The notes: a model not told the origin generated them from the sequence alone. Positions 39,901-53,913 are shown, counted from the first letter of the stretch. The stretch: DNA of 64,000 nt from Camelus ferus (GCF_009834535.1 NC_045697.1:74526001-74590000); one strand, 5' to 3'. Numbers and translations are program-made.

Positions 39901-42199
39901 ACAGATTCATTCATTCAACAGATTTTTTTTTAATATCTGCTGTATCTCAGCCACTATGTTAGGCACTGGTTAAGCTACCTTACTGCCAATGGAGGAGGTA
40001 GAAAGTATTTAAGGGTAAATAGTAAGGAAACTATCTAATTGGTTCTGGCAAGAGTCAAATGCTATTTTTTTTTATTTTTTACTAATACGGTATTTACTCA
40101 AATTTTGGATGAGTTGAAAGAGGGAAGATGATTTTTTAAAATGCCTTTTAAAAGTTATCTATATAAAAACATACAAAAATTAATGATGAAGTTTATCAAT
40201 ATAGAAATAACAAGCTCTTCTGTGATAATTTAATATAGAAGTCCACAGAGAAGTCAGATGAATACAATGTCCTCAGTCCATCTCCACAGTGAAGGAAATT
40301 AAGTAGATGAAAGAATATGAAGAAGATGCAGTGAAAGTTTCGCTTTCCACTCTTGGCCTCCATGCTTACTTCTTAGTCCCTATTGTCTCAATAAATTTGG
40401 TAATTTTTAGTAGTTTGTGGACCACTCAGGAGGTATATGAAAAAAAGATAAGTTAATATTTTCATGTGCAATTATAAATTTCTCTTACATGTAATTTTAA
40501 CAAAATCTCATGAGGAGCAAAGGAAAGGAAGAGAATATCAATGTTTGAAAGTATACATTTTGAATAGAAATGGCAAGAAAAATAAATATTTCCCAAAGTC
40601 ACAAGATATCTCAGCATAATATAAATCAGTGCAACTTCTACTTGATTGTTTGCTTTGTTTACACCTCAATAACAGATTTTTTTTTCTCACATGTCCAAAT
40701 GGTGTTTTCCTTTCCTTCTTCCATTTTTCCTACGATCTCTTGTTTTCTTTGTTATCTTCTCTACCAATCACTTGCACTAAAGTAAATTTTTCTGATGTAT
40801 AAGCTGGCTTGTAATGGAGACGATGAATGGATTTTTACAATTTCTTGAAACAAGTTTATCTTTTAATGGTCTTTGAATAATCTCTTGTTCAAGCTATCAC
40901 CTGGAATTCATCTCCTTTTCTGAAATAATACACTCATAAGTTTGTAAATTTATAGTAAAGAAAAACCCTCTATTTCTTTTTTCCTGAATTTCAGAATACT
41001 TAGGTGTTCACTTCATGAGTGGAAGGATTCTGTGTATACTCATCTAATTTTAACTCTCCTTTGAATTCTAGTCTGAACCTCTAAATTCTGGACTGCCATT
41101 TTTCATACTGATGTCCCATTAGCATGTCAAACTCAGTATGTTCAAAATTCACTGCATTCCCTCCAAATCTACTTTATTTTTCTCTTCCTTATCTCTGTTA
41201 AAAGTATCAGTAACCTCCCCAAACACCGAACCTGGAAACTTTAAGGCGATCTTTGACTTAAAAAAAAAAAACTCCTTTGGTTCCATATTCAATTAAGCAC
41301 AAAGCTCAGCTGTCATTTTTCTTGGATCCATTTCTTCTTTTCCATTCTGTTGCTCCTACTCCATTTTAGACCCCAGTTACTCTTTGATTAGTTCCTAAGT
41401 GGTTCTTGTGCTTTTAGTTTTTCCCTTTCCATTTTACCCAGCACTTTGCTGCCTACATGGTAACATCACAGAAGACCCTTAGGAAATCCTAAGACCCCAG
41501 TAACTGTGGTGTAGAGATATTTTCCTTTCTAGAGCTATTGTCCTTAAGCAAGATGAGTCAAGATCTGTGGATCTCTTCCATGTAATAGCTTGTTTATAGT
41601 TGGCAAGGACTATTTGTAGCATCTAAAAGCTCTTCTTCAAAGCTTCATTTTGATAATTTTAAGTCTAAAATTTCTTTGAATTTTGAGAATGACAAAAGAA
41701 ATTCTTCATTTTAGACTTATACTTGCTTATTCTTTACATAAATACATCCATTTATTTATATTTAAATTAAAGATTAATGAGAAGGTTGTCCTTTAGTGTT
41801 CCATATAAGGTAAGAGGAGATAGTGACAGGATGTTACCAGATGCCTTGAAGCACATAATAAAAGCAATGAGGACATTTTCTGAACCTCCTTTTGAAAGTT
41901 GGAGAGCTTCGCCTGTCAGTCTCAGACAAATTCCTCTGTTGTCTTTTCCCCACAGCCACACGAGCTTTGCCGACTCTGCGGGCTTAGAGACTATTTAGAT
42001 AGTGGGAGATTGTAAACTTGGAACAGAAGGTTAACTAAAGGTAGAACCTGGAAAGAACCTGGCACTGAAATAGACTGGGAATATAGGCAGAGTAAAATTC
42101 TTTAAGTGGTCTCTGGTTCTCGGTGTTTCAAAATTTCTATTTTATTGGGATCAAGGGCAAAAGAGATGGGAGACACTTTACAAGGAATTTTCCAAATGA

Positions 42200-42720
42200 C
42201 TTTCTAAAATACAGCAGATAGCGTTACTTTTATTCTTTAAAACTTTTAATGGCTCTCAACTGCTAAAATGTAAACTCCTTAGCACAGCATTAAGGCCCTG
42301 TATAACCAAACTCTCCACCTATCTTTCCAGCCTTATCTGCAGCTAAAATGCTCTTCAGAGAAGCTCTGTGCTTTCCAATTAACCTGTGCTATTTTCTTTG
42401 CCTGGAACAGTCCCTTCTCCCAACACTTTTCCTTACTGAAATCTTACACATAATTCAAGGTCTAGGTCCATTATCACCTTCTCCATGAAGCTTTAGCAAT
42501 CCCTCATTTAACTGGAAGAAATTTCGTCCTTCTCATTGATTTTCTAGAACTTTAATTATAAATCTCATAGCACACGCCACTCCACTTCATGTTTTAATCA
42601 GTTGTATACATGTCTTATCTTCTTAACTAGACTGCAAGTTTTATAAGGGCCGGGGACTGTCGTTTTCTGTTTCCCCATCATAGTTTCCACCATGCAGGCA
42701 CTCAATATTTGTTGTCTTAA
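42200..42720 (+). mobile_element. L2 LINE 3' fragment
   Basis: aaactccttagc, tgcctggaa, tagactgcaag, caggcactcaatatttgttg. Confidence 0.7.
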
Positions 42721-43809
42721 ATTAAACTAGTAGTTGATATCAGCATTTTTTTCTTTTGTCTTCCTCTTTTTACCAATTTCTTCAAAGGCATTGTCTACTG
42801 TAAACTATTATTTTTCAGGTGTTCATTCTTAACTTAGGCATTAATTCGACCATCAGATATTTATTGAATGCTTGTAACTTGAAAGGCAGTATGCTAGGGG
42901 CTGGGGCTTGACAATGAATCCCTATCCTCAGACAGCTCGGAGCTTAGTAGGAGATGCAGGTAAGTGGGTAGGCGATCACAATGCCACTTGATAAAGGCTT
43001 CACAGAGCCGTCATTTATGGTTGTGCAAATTCATGAGAGAACCTGGAAAAGGGGTAAATGGAGCATGAAATGTAGCCCATCCTCTCCTTTCCAAGCTTTG
43101 TGCCCTTACATGGTGCTGTGTGCCCCTACAGGGAGGATGGGTTTTTATCTCATGCACACAGAAACTCTATACTATAAGAGTAAGTAAAAGATTTTCTAAG
43201 AGCACTTGGGAAGGGTAGTTAGTCCCAGACTTGAGGAGTTAAGAACAAGTTCCATGAAGAAATGCTATATAAACAACTTTTCAAGACAAGTGGTAGTTAC
43301 CCAAGTGAACAGAAGTTGGAAGAATGCTCCAAATAGAGAGAAGTACAAAGAGACAGCATATAAGGAACTACAAGTAGTTAATTATGACTAGAATCTAACA
43401 GGGTGAGGGAAGAATGGTGAGGGTAAGCTTCAAAAACAAAGCAGAGTTCAGATTATGAAGGGCTGTATAAATCATGATTAGGGTTTGAATTTTATTTTGA
43501 AGGCAATGAGAAGTCATAGAGGCATTTTGACAATGATCAGGTTGACATTTCAAAAATCTCTCTGGTTGCAGGGTAGAACTGGAGGGAGGAGGCTGCAGGC
43601 AGGGACACTGGGAAGTTGTAGTAGGTCAGGCACGAGTTACTGGTGATCTAAGTGAAGACAGCTGGAAAGTGGGGACAAGAGAATTTCAGACCTAGTTAAC
43701 AGAATGATAAGACAAATAATGATTTTTCCGTAAAATCTGTTCCACCAATTAACGTGAAGGAACTCAATATTTCAATCAAACAGGCCAGGTGGTAGGGAGG
43801 AAAGTGTAG

Positions 43810-44030
43810 GAACTTTGCAGTTAGGCAACACAGAGCTGGAATCAGGGTTTTCCCACTGGTTAGCCGTGGACTATTGGGTAAATCACTTAGCCTTTTTGGC
43901 CTTAGTTTCTTCACCTGTGCGATGTGTAATAATAATACGCTTGAATAGTAAGTGCACGTAAAGGGTTATCGGGAGGACTGAATTAGGCATTACATGTGTA
44001 AGTGCTTGATTCATAGTAAATACTGTAAAG
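43810..44030 (+). mobile_element. MIR SINE
   Basis: ttgggtaaatcacttagcctt..cttagtttcttcacctgt..atgtgtaagtgctt. Confidence 0.75.
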
Positions 44031-47000
44031 TTAGTTTTCTCCTTTCCTCCCTTCCTCCTCTTTCTTTCCGCCCAGTTGATCCTCTAATAGGAGAGTCATT
44101 TATTTACAACACCCTGCAACTGCGTGGATTCAAACTTAAAAGGCAGAATTGTCCCCAGATGAAATATAAGGTAGGGCTTTACAGTGTTTATGGTGAACTG
44201 TTCATGTTGGAGCAGTAATTTATACTAGTGACTCTTACAATTTACTGGGTCACACATAATTTTTTTTTACTAGTCATACATACATTTTGGCAATCAGAAT
44301 AAAGCTTTGAATCTATTCTCTAAAAATAAAAAATAGCACATATGTACAACACTTTACATATAATTTTAATTATTTCAGAGACCTTCTAAAACTCATGATG
44401 GACTCTAGGTTAAAATTTTTCCCTTATACTAATTCATTTAATCTTAAACTTTGCGATAGTTAATAGTTATCTAATGTTTATACATATGGCAAATTGGGAT
44501 CTTTCTACAGATTTACAGATTAGTGGTTAACAACAGCTTATACTTCCAAATAAGTTCTCCCAGGAATGACTATGTGGAAGTTTTCTGAAAAGTTGATGTC
44601 AAAAAAAAATAGGAGAAAACATTTTTAGACATAATGACATAAAAGTTTGTTTTTATGACATAAAAGTGTGATGGCTCACATTAGAGGTTAAGCCTCTTCT
44701 GATAAAATTGCATCATCTAACAGCATCATGTGTAAGGAGCTCTAATGGGTCTTGTGGTACTATTTCCTATGATCTGTGATATCTGGGACCAGAATTTCAG
44801 CAACAATCATTTATCAACTTCTGTTTACACTAGATGACCAAGAACAGTAAGCCCATACTGTATCCAAGCCATGGGTCACATTACATTACATACAGTATAC
44901 TATGCTCTAAAAGAGATGTATACAATAAAAACTCAGATTCAAAACAGTTAGGGCTGTGATGGATCACAGCCAAGTCCCAAACTCTACAGGTCAAGAGGGA
45001 GGGTGACTATGATTAGTTTCATAGTCAGCCCTAAACATTCGTGTTGTAAGGAGCAGTTAATTAAATATTGGGCTGTGGAGGGCAGAGTAGGTATGTAGAA
45101 CAACATGTATTGAGACAGGATAACTTTTATTCTGCGACAGGTCACGAATATAGGTACCAGAGATCACAAAATTCAGATAATGACTTGGTAATTTTTCTTG
45201 GAAATTGGAAATGAGTTCCCTCTGTCTTTTAAAAAATTGCTTATATACATAATACATCCAGTATACATGCTAAAAAACCCCAAAGTCTGGATTAGGTGTT
45301 TTAAGGTTCCCCTTACTATAACTACATTGCTTTTTACTTCACAAAACTTTTGAAAAGCTATGAGACTAGGGACTCCACAGGACAAGCTTTAGTTCATGGG
45401 TTTTCTAAAATAAGTTATCCTCTATCAGTTAACAAGTGTAGAGTTATATAGAAGAGTTTTCACTGTTACTTGTAAGCTGCAAATGGTGTCTAGTGTGTTC
45501 AAGTTGCATTAATATCTAAAATGTTTCCTTATAATCTGATATAAACCCACAGACCAAAACATTTGCTGACAAGAAGGCAAGGAAAAAGTCAGGAAGAAAG
45601 CCAAGTTTAACCATACCCAGTGCTTACAGGTCTAACAAGACCAAGAAAGAATTCCTAGCATATTTGGAACTCATAAACGAGATTCACTTCCTCTTCTTTA
45701 TCAAAATGCTTAAGGGACCATTATGCAGAGGCCTACTACGTTTTCTGACAGATACAAATCTCATACAAAGTAGTTAAAAGTATCTTCTTAATCTGACAAA
45801 CTAGGTAGATATATCTAGAGCCAGAGAAATTTACTATAGGGATTACATATATGCTGAGTTGGTTAAAGTGTTTTCAGAATCATTTGGTCCGCTTTGAGCA
45901 CATGCTTGGAGTAGGATAATCTCGGGTGACTGAGGCCAAAAGCTAAAGGAAGAGCTTGAGCAAAGAGAGGAAGGAGACAGAGCTGGAGAGAGAAAAAGGG
46001 ACCAGCAAAAGATAAGGGATAGCAGTGATCGTCAGATTATCCCAGAACTTGGTTTTGCTTGGTTAAGGGGATCCAGGAAGTAAGAGAGTAGGACTAGAGG
46101 GTGTAAGCATTTTATTACTGCAGTACAAATTAATTTCCAACTTAACATCCAAAAGCCAAATAACCTTGGCCTCCAGGGGAGTATAAATGAATGTAATTGG
46201 ACTATTAACTTATTTTTTAAAATAGCTGCAGTGGTATGTTTGCTTGATATAAATCTGATTATTTTCATTTGAAAACAGATGCCATATTTTAAATTTAATC
46301 TTTTCCAAGGTGGAAAGCAAGGGTGAAAAGCATCAGCTACTCACACCGTTTAGTCATAGAATCTCCACAAAAATCATCTCCTGTCTAGGTCTGAATCAAA
46401 TGTCATTCAGAAACATTAATGTTCTACTCTTTGTCTTTTTGGCTTTGTTTTGTTTTGTTTTAAAGGAAAGAATAATAGCACACGACTTATCACTGCAACT
46501 GCCTCTTATGTTCTCAGATGAATATTTCTTCTGATGACAGAAGGAGAGCACTGATTTCACGCCAAGAATATAACATTTTAAGAGTAAGATGAGCTGTTCC
46601 TAATATTTTCCAAAGGGCCTGTTGACAAGTCAAAGTGAAATGCAAAGATTCCTTCAATTTTTTTCTTAGATAACCTTTTGATGTGATACATTTGCAGGGA
46701 TAGAATCTTTGTGGTCTCATAACCACTAAAATTAATCTAGATATAGGGCAATTACTTTTAAAGTCATATGCATTTCAGTGACTAACACAGCAATACGATA
46801 TTTACAGTTTTCCTTAAAGACTCACTAAAATTAAACACCAGTTGGACTTTCATTTTGTTGCAGTCGACGTTGTTGGCCATTTTCCTGTCTGAGACCCATC
46901 ACTAGCTCAAGAGTTGGATCCTACTACATTATTTTCCCACAGGGTAGGAAAAAATTACCCAATAACATATTAAAGCATGCTGTTGTGCTAAGTCATCATT

Positions 47001-48934
47001 CTTGCTAAACATGATAATTTACTTCTAGAAAAGACATGGATTTATAATAGTGTTATCAAGTTGAGATACATGAGACTTTGACTTTAGGTTGGGAGTAGGG
47101 CAATGTAAGTAATGGATGCTGGAAGTATCAAAACAAATCATACATTTACCCCTAGAGAATATCTGATTAATGTTAAAAACAAAATTTCCTTTAAATCTGA
47201 GTAACCTGCTCAAGGCTGTAACAATGCTCTTTCCTGTGGGTTCATTTAATCCACGATACGGATGGTAGACTACCTCTGCCTCCTCTTGTTGATCTGAATA
47301 GTTATTGCCTTAATTCTCAGATTTATACACTTGTTCTCTGAGATTAGTTCAGCATGTTTCATTTTGTAAGAGATATCTTTTATGGGGCTTTCTGTACATA
47401 TCATGCTGGCATGTTTCCCTTGTATGCCCAGGGAATGTAATTCTAGTTTATCAATCAGAGATGCAGTTTCTCATGTGAGTTTCAAAAAGATGATAATCTC
47501 TGCAAAAAGACAAGAGTGAGACTTTGCCATGTTTTCCATTTAAAATGTGACATAAAGCCTGAATTGATTTTACCCTTGTTTTGACACAGAGGTCTTCCTA
47601 CTCCTGTAAACCCTACCAACAGATGCAGCCTGTATTTGTTTGGCTTGTTAAATTAAACTCAACCATACAGCAGCAAGGATTAGAACAAAATCTGATCTAC
47701 CCTTGGAGCAGTAGCACACATTTCAGAAACTAAGGACTCCAGTCAGTCACTTGAGACTATCTGAATTTCCTTGATGCTGACATAACTTTGTTCACAAAAT
47801 ATCTGGATACGCTTGATCATATAATGGCTCACTGCTTTAACCTGCAGGGTAAGGTGAATTAAAGATTAACTGACAAGTGAGATTTAGGAGGACTTAATTC
47901 TGGTATGAAGAAGCCTCTACATGGGATTCTACTTAAACTAAGATCTTTGTAGTCCTCCTTTCCTGCCCTGTTCTAGGGGAAAGCAGTGTTTTATCCAGAT
48001 AAGGAATAGAAGATTCTGAAAATTTCTGATGTGTTTAATGTGGAAGCTAGGCCAAATACAAAAGCTTTATGAAGTAATAATTGTAAAGAAGCCATCTTAT
48101 AGCAAGAAATTGCTAATCAACTGAATTACAGAAAATAGCTAATTAACATGTAATTAAAATAGTATCATATATCTTCTGATTATAGTTACTTAGGTACATG
48201 AATAAATGGTATTTCTCAGATCTGTTCTGTCTTCTTTGTGATTTTTAGATAATATATTCAATACATCTAGTCATTGTAATTTCTTCATATTTCTATTATA
48301 AAAGACACTATAATTTGTATGTCAAATGGGTGATTTTAATACTATCGTAGTCTAGACAAGTGGTTCATTTGCTCTCTCTTGCAGTTGTTCAATGATACTT
48401 TGCTACTTGTTTAATTCAATAGCCTTTTTCTTTTATTGAGCTATACTCTATTTCATTTAGTATTTTCATTTGTTGAATTTTCAGTCTAGCTCTATTATCA
48501 GGTCTTAACAGAAGATGTAAAACTAGAAAAATTACAATCAGTGCCTACTGCTTTGCAAATAGAAAATTCCCAAGTCCAAAATGGGTTTGACATAAAAATC
48601 ACAAACATTTGCAAAGATAATTTGTAACTGTACTGACTAGAATTGTCACCTGTGCTTTTTTTTCATAGCATTCAACTATGGCTTTCTTAATCTTTTCAAA
48701 ACAGGATTCTGCTAGCTGCAGTGCACTAATTTCAGCTTAGAAGAGAAGCTGCTACTTGCTTAGAAATCACTGTTTTGTTTTTGTTTTTAACACCCACAGA
48801 GGAAAAAGATGAGATCAGAACAGGTCTTATGAAAGATTCTCCACTACTATTTGACCAAAAATTGTAGGGCTCAGATAAACTGGGGACAGTGGGGTAGACT
48901 GCAGACATCAAACCGTAGAACTTAAAAAAATTCT

Positions 48935-49900
48935 TACAAAATATATTTAACATACAATTTTCCATTTTAACCATTTTTAGGTGTACAATTTAGTGGCAGT
49001 AAGTATATTGACAATGCTGTACAACCAACACCACTGGTTATTTCCAAATTTTTAAATCATCTCAAACAGAAACTCTGTACCGATTAAGCAAAAACTCCCA
49101 CCGCTCCCCCCCACCCCTTCCTTAGCCCCCAGTAGCACTAATTTACTCTGTCTCTATGAATTTGCCTATTTTAGATATTTTATATAAGTGGAATCATGGA
49201 ATATTTGTCATTTGTGTTTGGCTTATTTAAACTGTTTTCAAGGTTTATCCATGTTGTAGCTTGTATCCAGATGTCATCCCTTTTTATGGCTGGATAATAG
49301 TACACATATGTATATACCACACTTTGCTTATTTATTAGTCTGTTGAGGGACACTTGGGTTGTTTCCACCTTTTGGCTGTTGTAGATAATGCTGCTATGAA
49401 CACTGGCATGTTAAGTATCTGTTTGAGCCCATGTTTTCAATTCTTTTGGATATTCACCTAGGAGTGGAATTGCTGGTCATATGGTAATTCTATGTCTACA
49501 TTTTGAAGGAGCTACCAAACTATTAAACTGTTTTCTACAGAAGCTGCATCATTTTACATTCCCCTCAAGCCATGCACCAAGGTTCCAATTTCTCCACATC
49601 CTTGCCAACACTTGGGTGTGGAGTGGTATCTCATTGTCGTTTTGATTTGCATTTCCCTAATGACTAATGATGTCAAGTATATTTTCATGTGATTATTGTC
49701 CACTTGTGTATCTTCTTCAGAGAAATGTCTAAAATGTTTAAAAGTTTGCCCATTTTAAAATTTGATTGTCTTTTTGTTGTTGAGTTGTAGGAGTTGTTAG
49801 TGACTAGAAATACAACTGATGTTTGTGTGTTGACTTCATATTCTGATAGTAATCCTCATTAGATATGTAATTTACAAATATTGTCTACCATTTTGTGGGT
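48935..49900 (-). mobile_element. L1 (L1MB-like) 3' portion, antisense
   Basis: ccattttaaccatttttaggtgtacaatttagtggc, tgctgctatgaacactgg, gtggtatctcattgt..tgcatttccctaatgactaatgatg. Confidence 0.9.
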
Positions 49901-50075
49901 GGGAAGGATTGCTGGCCACCCCAAAAGCTGGAAAAGGCAAAGAAAGATACCACCCAGAGTCTCAGAGGGAGCATGGCTGACACCTTGATTCCAGACGTCT
50001 AGCCTCCAGAACTATGTTGTTTTAAGCCACCCAGTTTGTGTTACTTTTTAATGGCAGCCCCAGAAAGTTAACGCA
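49901..50075 (+). mobile_element. MaLR LTR 3' fragment (MLT1B/C-like)
   Basis: gacaccttgattccagacgtctagcctccagaact..gttgttttaagccacccagtttgtg. Confidence 0.8.
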
Positions 50076-50130
50076 TGTTCAATTTTGATACCTCTTATTT
50101 CTTTTTCTTGCCTAATTTCTCTGGCTAGAA

Positions 50131-50428
50131 TTAAAACCAATCTTTCTCAAACCTTTCCAACAAACTGAAGAAGAGAGAACACTTCCTAACTCATGCTATG
50201 AGACTAGCACTATTCTTTTACCAAAGTCAGACAAACACACTGCAAGAAAGAAAATTACAGACAAATATCCCTGATAAATACTGATGTAAAAATCCTCAAC
50301 AAAATACTAGCAAACTGAATTCAGGAGCCTACTGAAAGGATTATACATCAGGACTAAGTGGAATTTATGCTAGGAATGCAAGGGTAGTTAAACATATGAA
50401 AATCAATCAAAATAATATACTACATTCT
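50131..50428 (+). mobile_element. L1 ORF2 RT-region fragment, inverted relative to the adjacent L1
   Basis: Degraded match to KLFQKIEEEGTLPNSFYE..KILNKILANRIQ..GMQGWFNI. Confidence 0.85.
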
Positions 50429-50530
50429 ACAGATCTGTATAGCAGACAAAAAGATGATAGAACAGTATAAGTAAATAAATATCTAAAGTTCTCTTAAGCC
50501 TCATGTTATGAAAATTACTAAAGGTACATC

Positions 50531-50979
50531 TGTGGACAAAGAATATCACCTGCCATTTTAGTAAACAAAGGATGTTGCAGCCATATAACCATAAGCCACT
50601 GCAGCAGCCCCCTGAGGGGCAGTGCACGCTGAGGGGAATTCAGGATGGAGAAAAACAGGATACTGGCCCTAGATAGTTAAGATGCATATCAAAGGAATAA
50701 TTTCAATAAGCCCAGCCTCTTGCATCATCCCATACATAGAAAAACAATAAAATCATTGAGATGTCTGTTCTTGTGATTAGCAGTAATCTTCTGATGTTCA
50801 AGTAGATGTTTTTATTTTCTCAGCAAAAGCTTCTATATATCCTGGTTCCTCCCTTACCCCTTTGGAAGAGTCTCTCAGAGGTATCCAAGAGGCTATATCC
50901 TGGCTTATGTCCTCAGTAAGTCCACTGAAAAAAACATAATTCTCAACTTTTAGATTATGCATTTTTTTTTCAATCGACA
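50531..50979 (+). mobile_element. Solo ERV1-type LTR with perfect 4-bp TSD (resembles cetartiodactyl MER41-like family)
   Basis: TGTGGAC...TCGACA termini flanked by CATC on both sides; TATATA near 50834; 449 bp. Family name from memory only. Confidence 0.88.
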
Positions 50980-52344
50980 CATCGCTATGCCAATATTTAA
51001 AACTGTTTCTCAAAAATTACTTTCTAAGGTTGGATTGAAGCATTAATAGCTGAGTATACAATTTGTTGTATATACATACAGTCATTGTTGTCTAAAGGAA
51101 TAAATAGTCATGGAAAGTTTGAAGAAGGAATTGCTCATGATAGAATCTGGTTTCTGCTAAGCAAGACATCGGGTAATTTACTCAGATTGCGATGGCTATT
51201 TATTACCATTGTTATCATATATTATTATTACTTCATCTGAATAGTCTTACTTCTAGATTTCCTTCATATGTTGAACTTTTAAATGTATTTGCACTGTGAT
51301 AGACTGGCATTTCACACAGCATCTTGCATATAATTGACAAATGCTTTATAATTGATTATTTAATGAAAGAAATGAGTTATCTATTTATTTATATATATGT
51401 TTTGGCTTCTATGGTAAAATTAGAATAAACATATATCTGGAGATTAATATGAGTGGGATATTTGGGAACATTTGACATATTTAAGAAGATTAAATCATAT
51501 ACGGGCCACTTACTAGATACCATCTTTCAAATAGTGAATGCTTTGTGAAAACAGAGCCTTAATAAGCTTATTAGCACTTAGAGCATAAAAATTTATTTTG
51601 CTGGTTTCATATAATGGGAGGAACTACTGTGATCTATGAAAAATCAGAATAAGCCTATTAAAGGGTATGGCCTAGAGTCAAAAAGACTCATGTTTCAATC
51701 CTGGCTCTGATACAGGCAAATTAGATAAACTCTAAATTTTTCTCATATATAAAATATGTAAATAATGCCTCCTTCATAGAATTGTTATGAAGAATAAAAA
51801 CAGATAACATATATAAGGTAATTATCATTACAGAGCGTACCACACAAAGACCAGTCAGTAACTGGGATTATTATCATTGTAAAGATTTCTTCCTAATGCT
51901 GTATGTTACTTTGAACCCAGAAATATCTAATTTTTAATAGTATTTCTGGGTTGAATGTATTGATATACACTGCAATTGAAAATGGATATTTTTCTTTGGA
52001 AAGATATGGCAATACAGATTAATATAGCAGCAGCAGTATTGTGCTAGTAGTAAACCAACAATATTTATAATAATAAACTTAACATCAAAATTATTCAGAT
52101 ATCATGGCTTTAGTTCTAAAATGTTCTAATTTACTTAAAATTGCACATTAGTCATTTACTATATTGACCTTCCCTGAAATAAGTATATTTAGATGATTTC
52201 TTGTGAGACACTAGATACAATTATACAAAAGAAGGGTGAGTGATTTATGACTTATAACTAATATCCACTGAGATACTTCTTTAGTTTGGTCTATTAAGCT
52301 TCATCATCAAGGATGACCTTCATTTCGTGTCAAAAGCTAATGCT

Positions 52345-53706
52345 TTGGAAATCCTAGCCATAGCAATCAGACAAGAAAAAGAAATAAAAGAGATCCAAAT
52401 TGGAAGGGAAGAAGCTAAAACTGTCACTGTATGCAGATGACATGATACTATATATATAGAAAACCCTAAAGGCTCCACACAGAAACTACTAGAGCTGATA
52501 CAAGAATTCAGCAAGGTAGCAGCATACAAGATTAGCATACAGAAATCAGCTGCATTTCTTTATGCTAACAACAAAATATCAGAAAAGGAAAGATACAATC
52601 TTTCTAAAATTGCATTCAAAACAGCTAAAATATTTAGGAATAAACTTGACCAAGGAGGTGAAAGACTTATATGCTGAGAAGTACAAAACACTGATTAAGA
52701 AAATTTAAGGCCACTTTAAGAAATAGAGAGATATCCCATGCTTTTGGGTTGGAAGAATTAGTATTGTTAAAATGGCCATACTACCCAAAGCAATCTACAG
52801 ATTTAATGTGATCCCTATCAAATTACCCAGGACATTTTTCACAGAACTAGAACAAACAATCCTAAAATTTATAAGGAACCATAAAACACCCAGAATCGCC
52901 AAAGCATTTACTGAAGAAAGAGAAGGAAGCTCGAGGAATAACCCTCCCAGACTTCAGACAATACTACAGAGCCACAGTAATAAAAACAGTGTGGTATTGT
53001 CATAAAAACAGACATATGGATCAAGGGAATGGAACAGAGAGCCCAGAAATAAATCCACAGACTTACAGTCAATTAATCTTCAACAAAGGAGGCAAGAATA
53101 TACAATGGACAAAAGACGGTCTCTTCAGCAAATGGCACTGGGAAAACTGGATAGTAGCATGTAAATCAATGAAATTAGAACACTCCCTCACACCAGACAC
53201 AAAAATAAACTTAAAGTGGCTTACAGACTTAAATATAAGACAAGACACTCTAAACCTCCTAGAAGAAAACATAGGTAAAACATTTTCTGATATAAATCTT
53301 AGCAATGTTTTCCTAGGGCAGTCTACCCGAGGCAATAGAAATAAAAGCAAAAATAAACAAATGGGACCTAATTAAGCTTATAAACTTTTGCACAGCAAAG
53401 GAAACCATGAGCAAAACAAAATGACAACTTATGGAATGGGAGAAAATATTTGCAAATGATGCAACTGACAAGGGCTTAATTTCCAGAATATATAAACAGC
53501 TCATTCAACTTAATAACAAAAAAGAAATCCAATCCAAAAATGGACAGAAAACCTAAACAAGCAATTCTCCAATGAAGGCATACAAATGGCCAATAGGCAC
53601 ATGAAAAAACACTCAATATTACTAATTATCAGAGAAATGCCAATCAAAACTACAATGAGGTATCACCTCACACCAGTCAGAATGGCCATCATTAAAAAAT
53701 CCACAA
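52345..53706 (+). mobile_element. Young L1 ORF2 internal fragment
   Basis: [15 protein letters not shown], tgcagatgacatgat (ADD motif region), [30 protein letters not shown]; multiple frameshifts; no 3' UTR or poly(A). Confidence 0.95.
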
Positions 53707-53711
53707 TACAG

Positions 53712-53913
53712 TTAATCTATTTTTAGTCCTTTGAGGAATCTCCATACTGTTTTCCATAATGGCTGCACTGAACTACACTCCCACCAGCAGTGTAGGAAGG
53801 TTCTCTTTTCTCCACACCCTCTCCAGCATTTATCATTTGTGGATTTTTTAATGATGGCCATTCTGACCTGTGTGAGGTGATGCCATATTGTAGTTTTGAT
53901 TGGCATTTCTCTG
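53712..53913 (-). mobile_element. Inverted L1 ORF2 C-terminal fragment
   Basis: [46 protein letters not shown] on the minus strand. Confidence 0.93.

Noticed and set aside
40700..40925. Purine-rich minus-strand stretch after a ttatttcag acceptor-like site
   Set aside because: Stops in all three frames shortly after the acceptor and no recognisable homology.
41801..41810. Perfect CArG box CCATATAAGG
   Set aside because: A few such 10-mers are expected by chance in 64 kb of AT-rich DNA; no supporting context.
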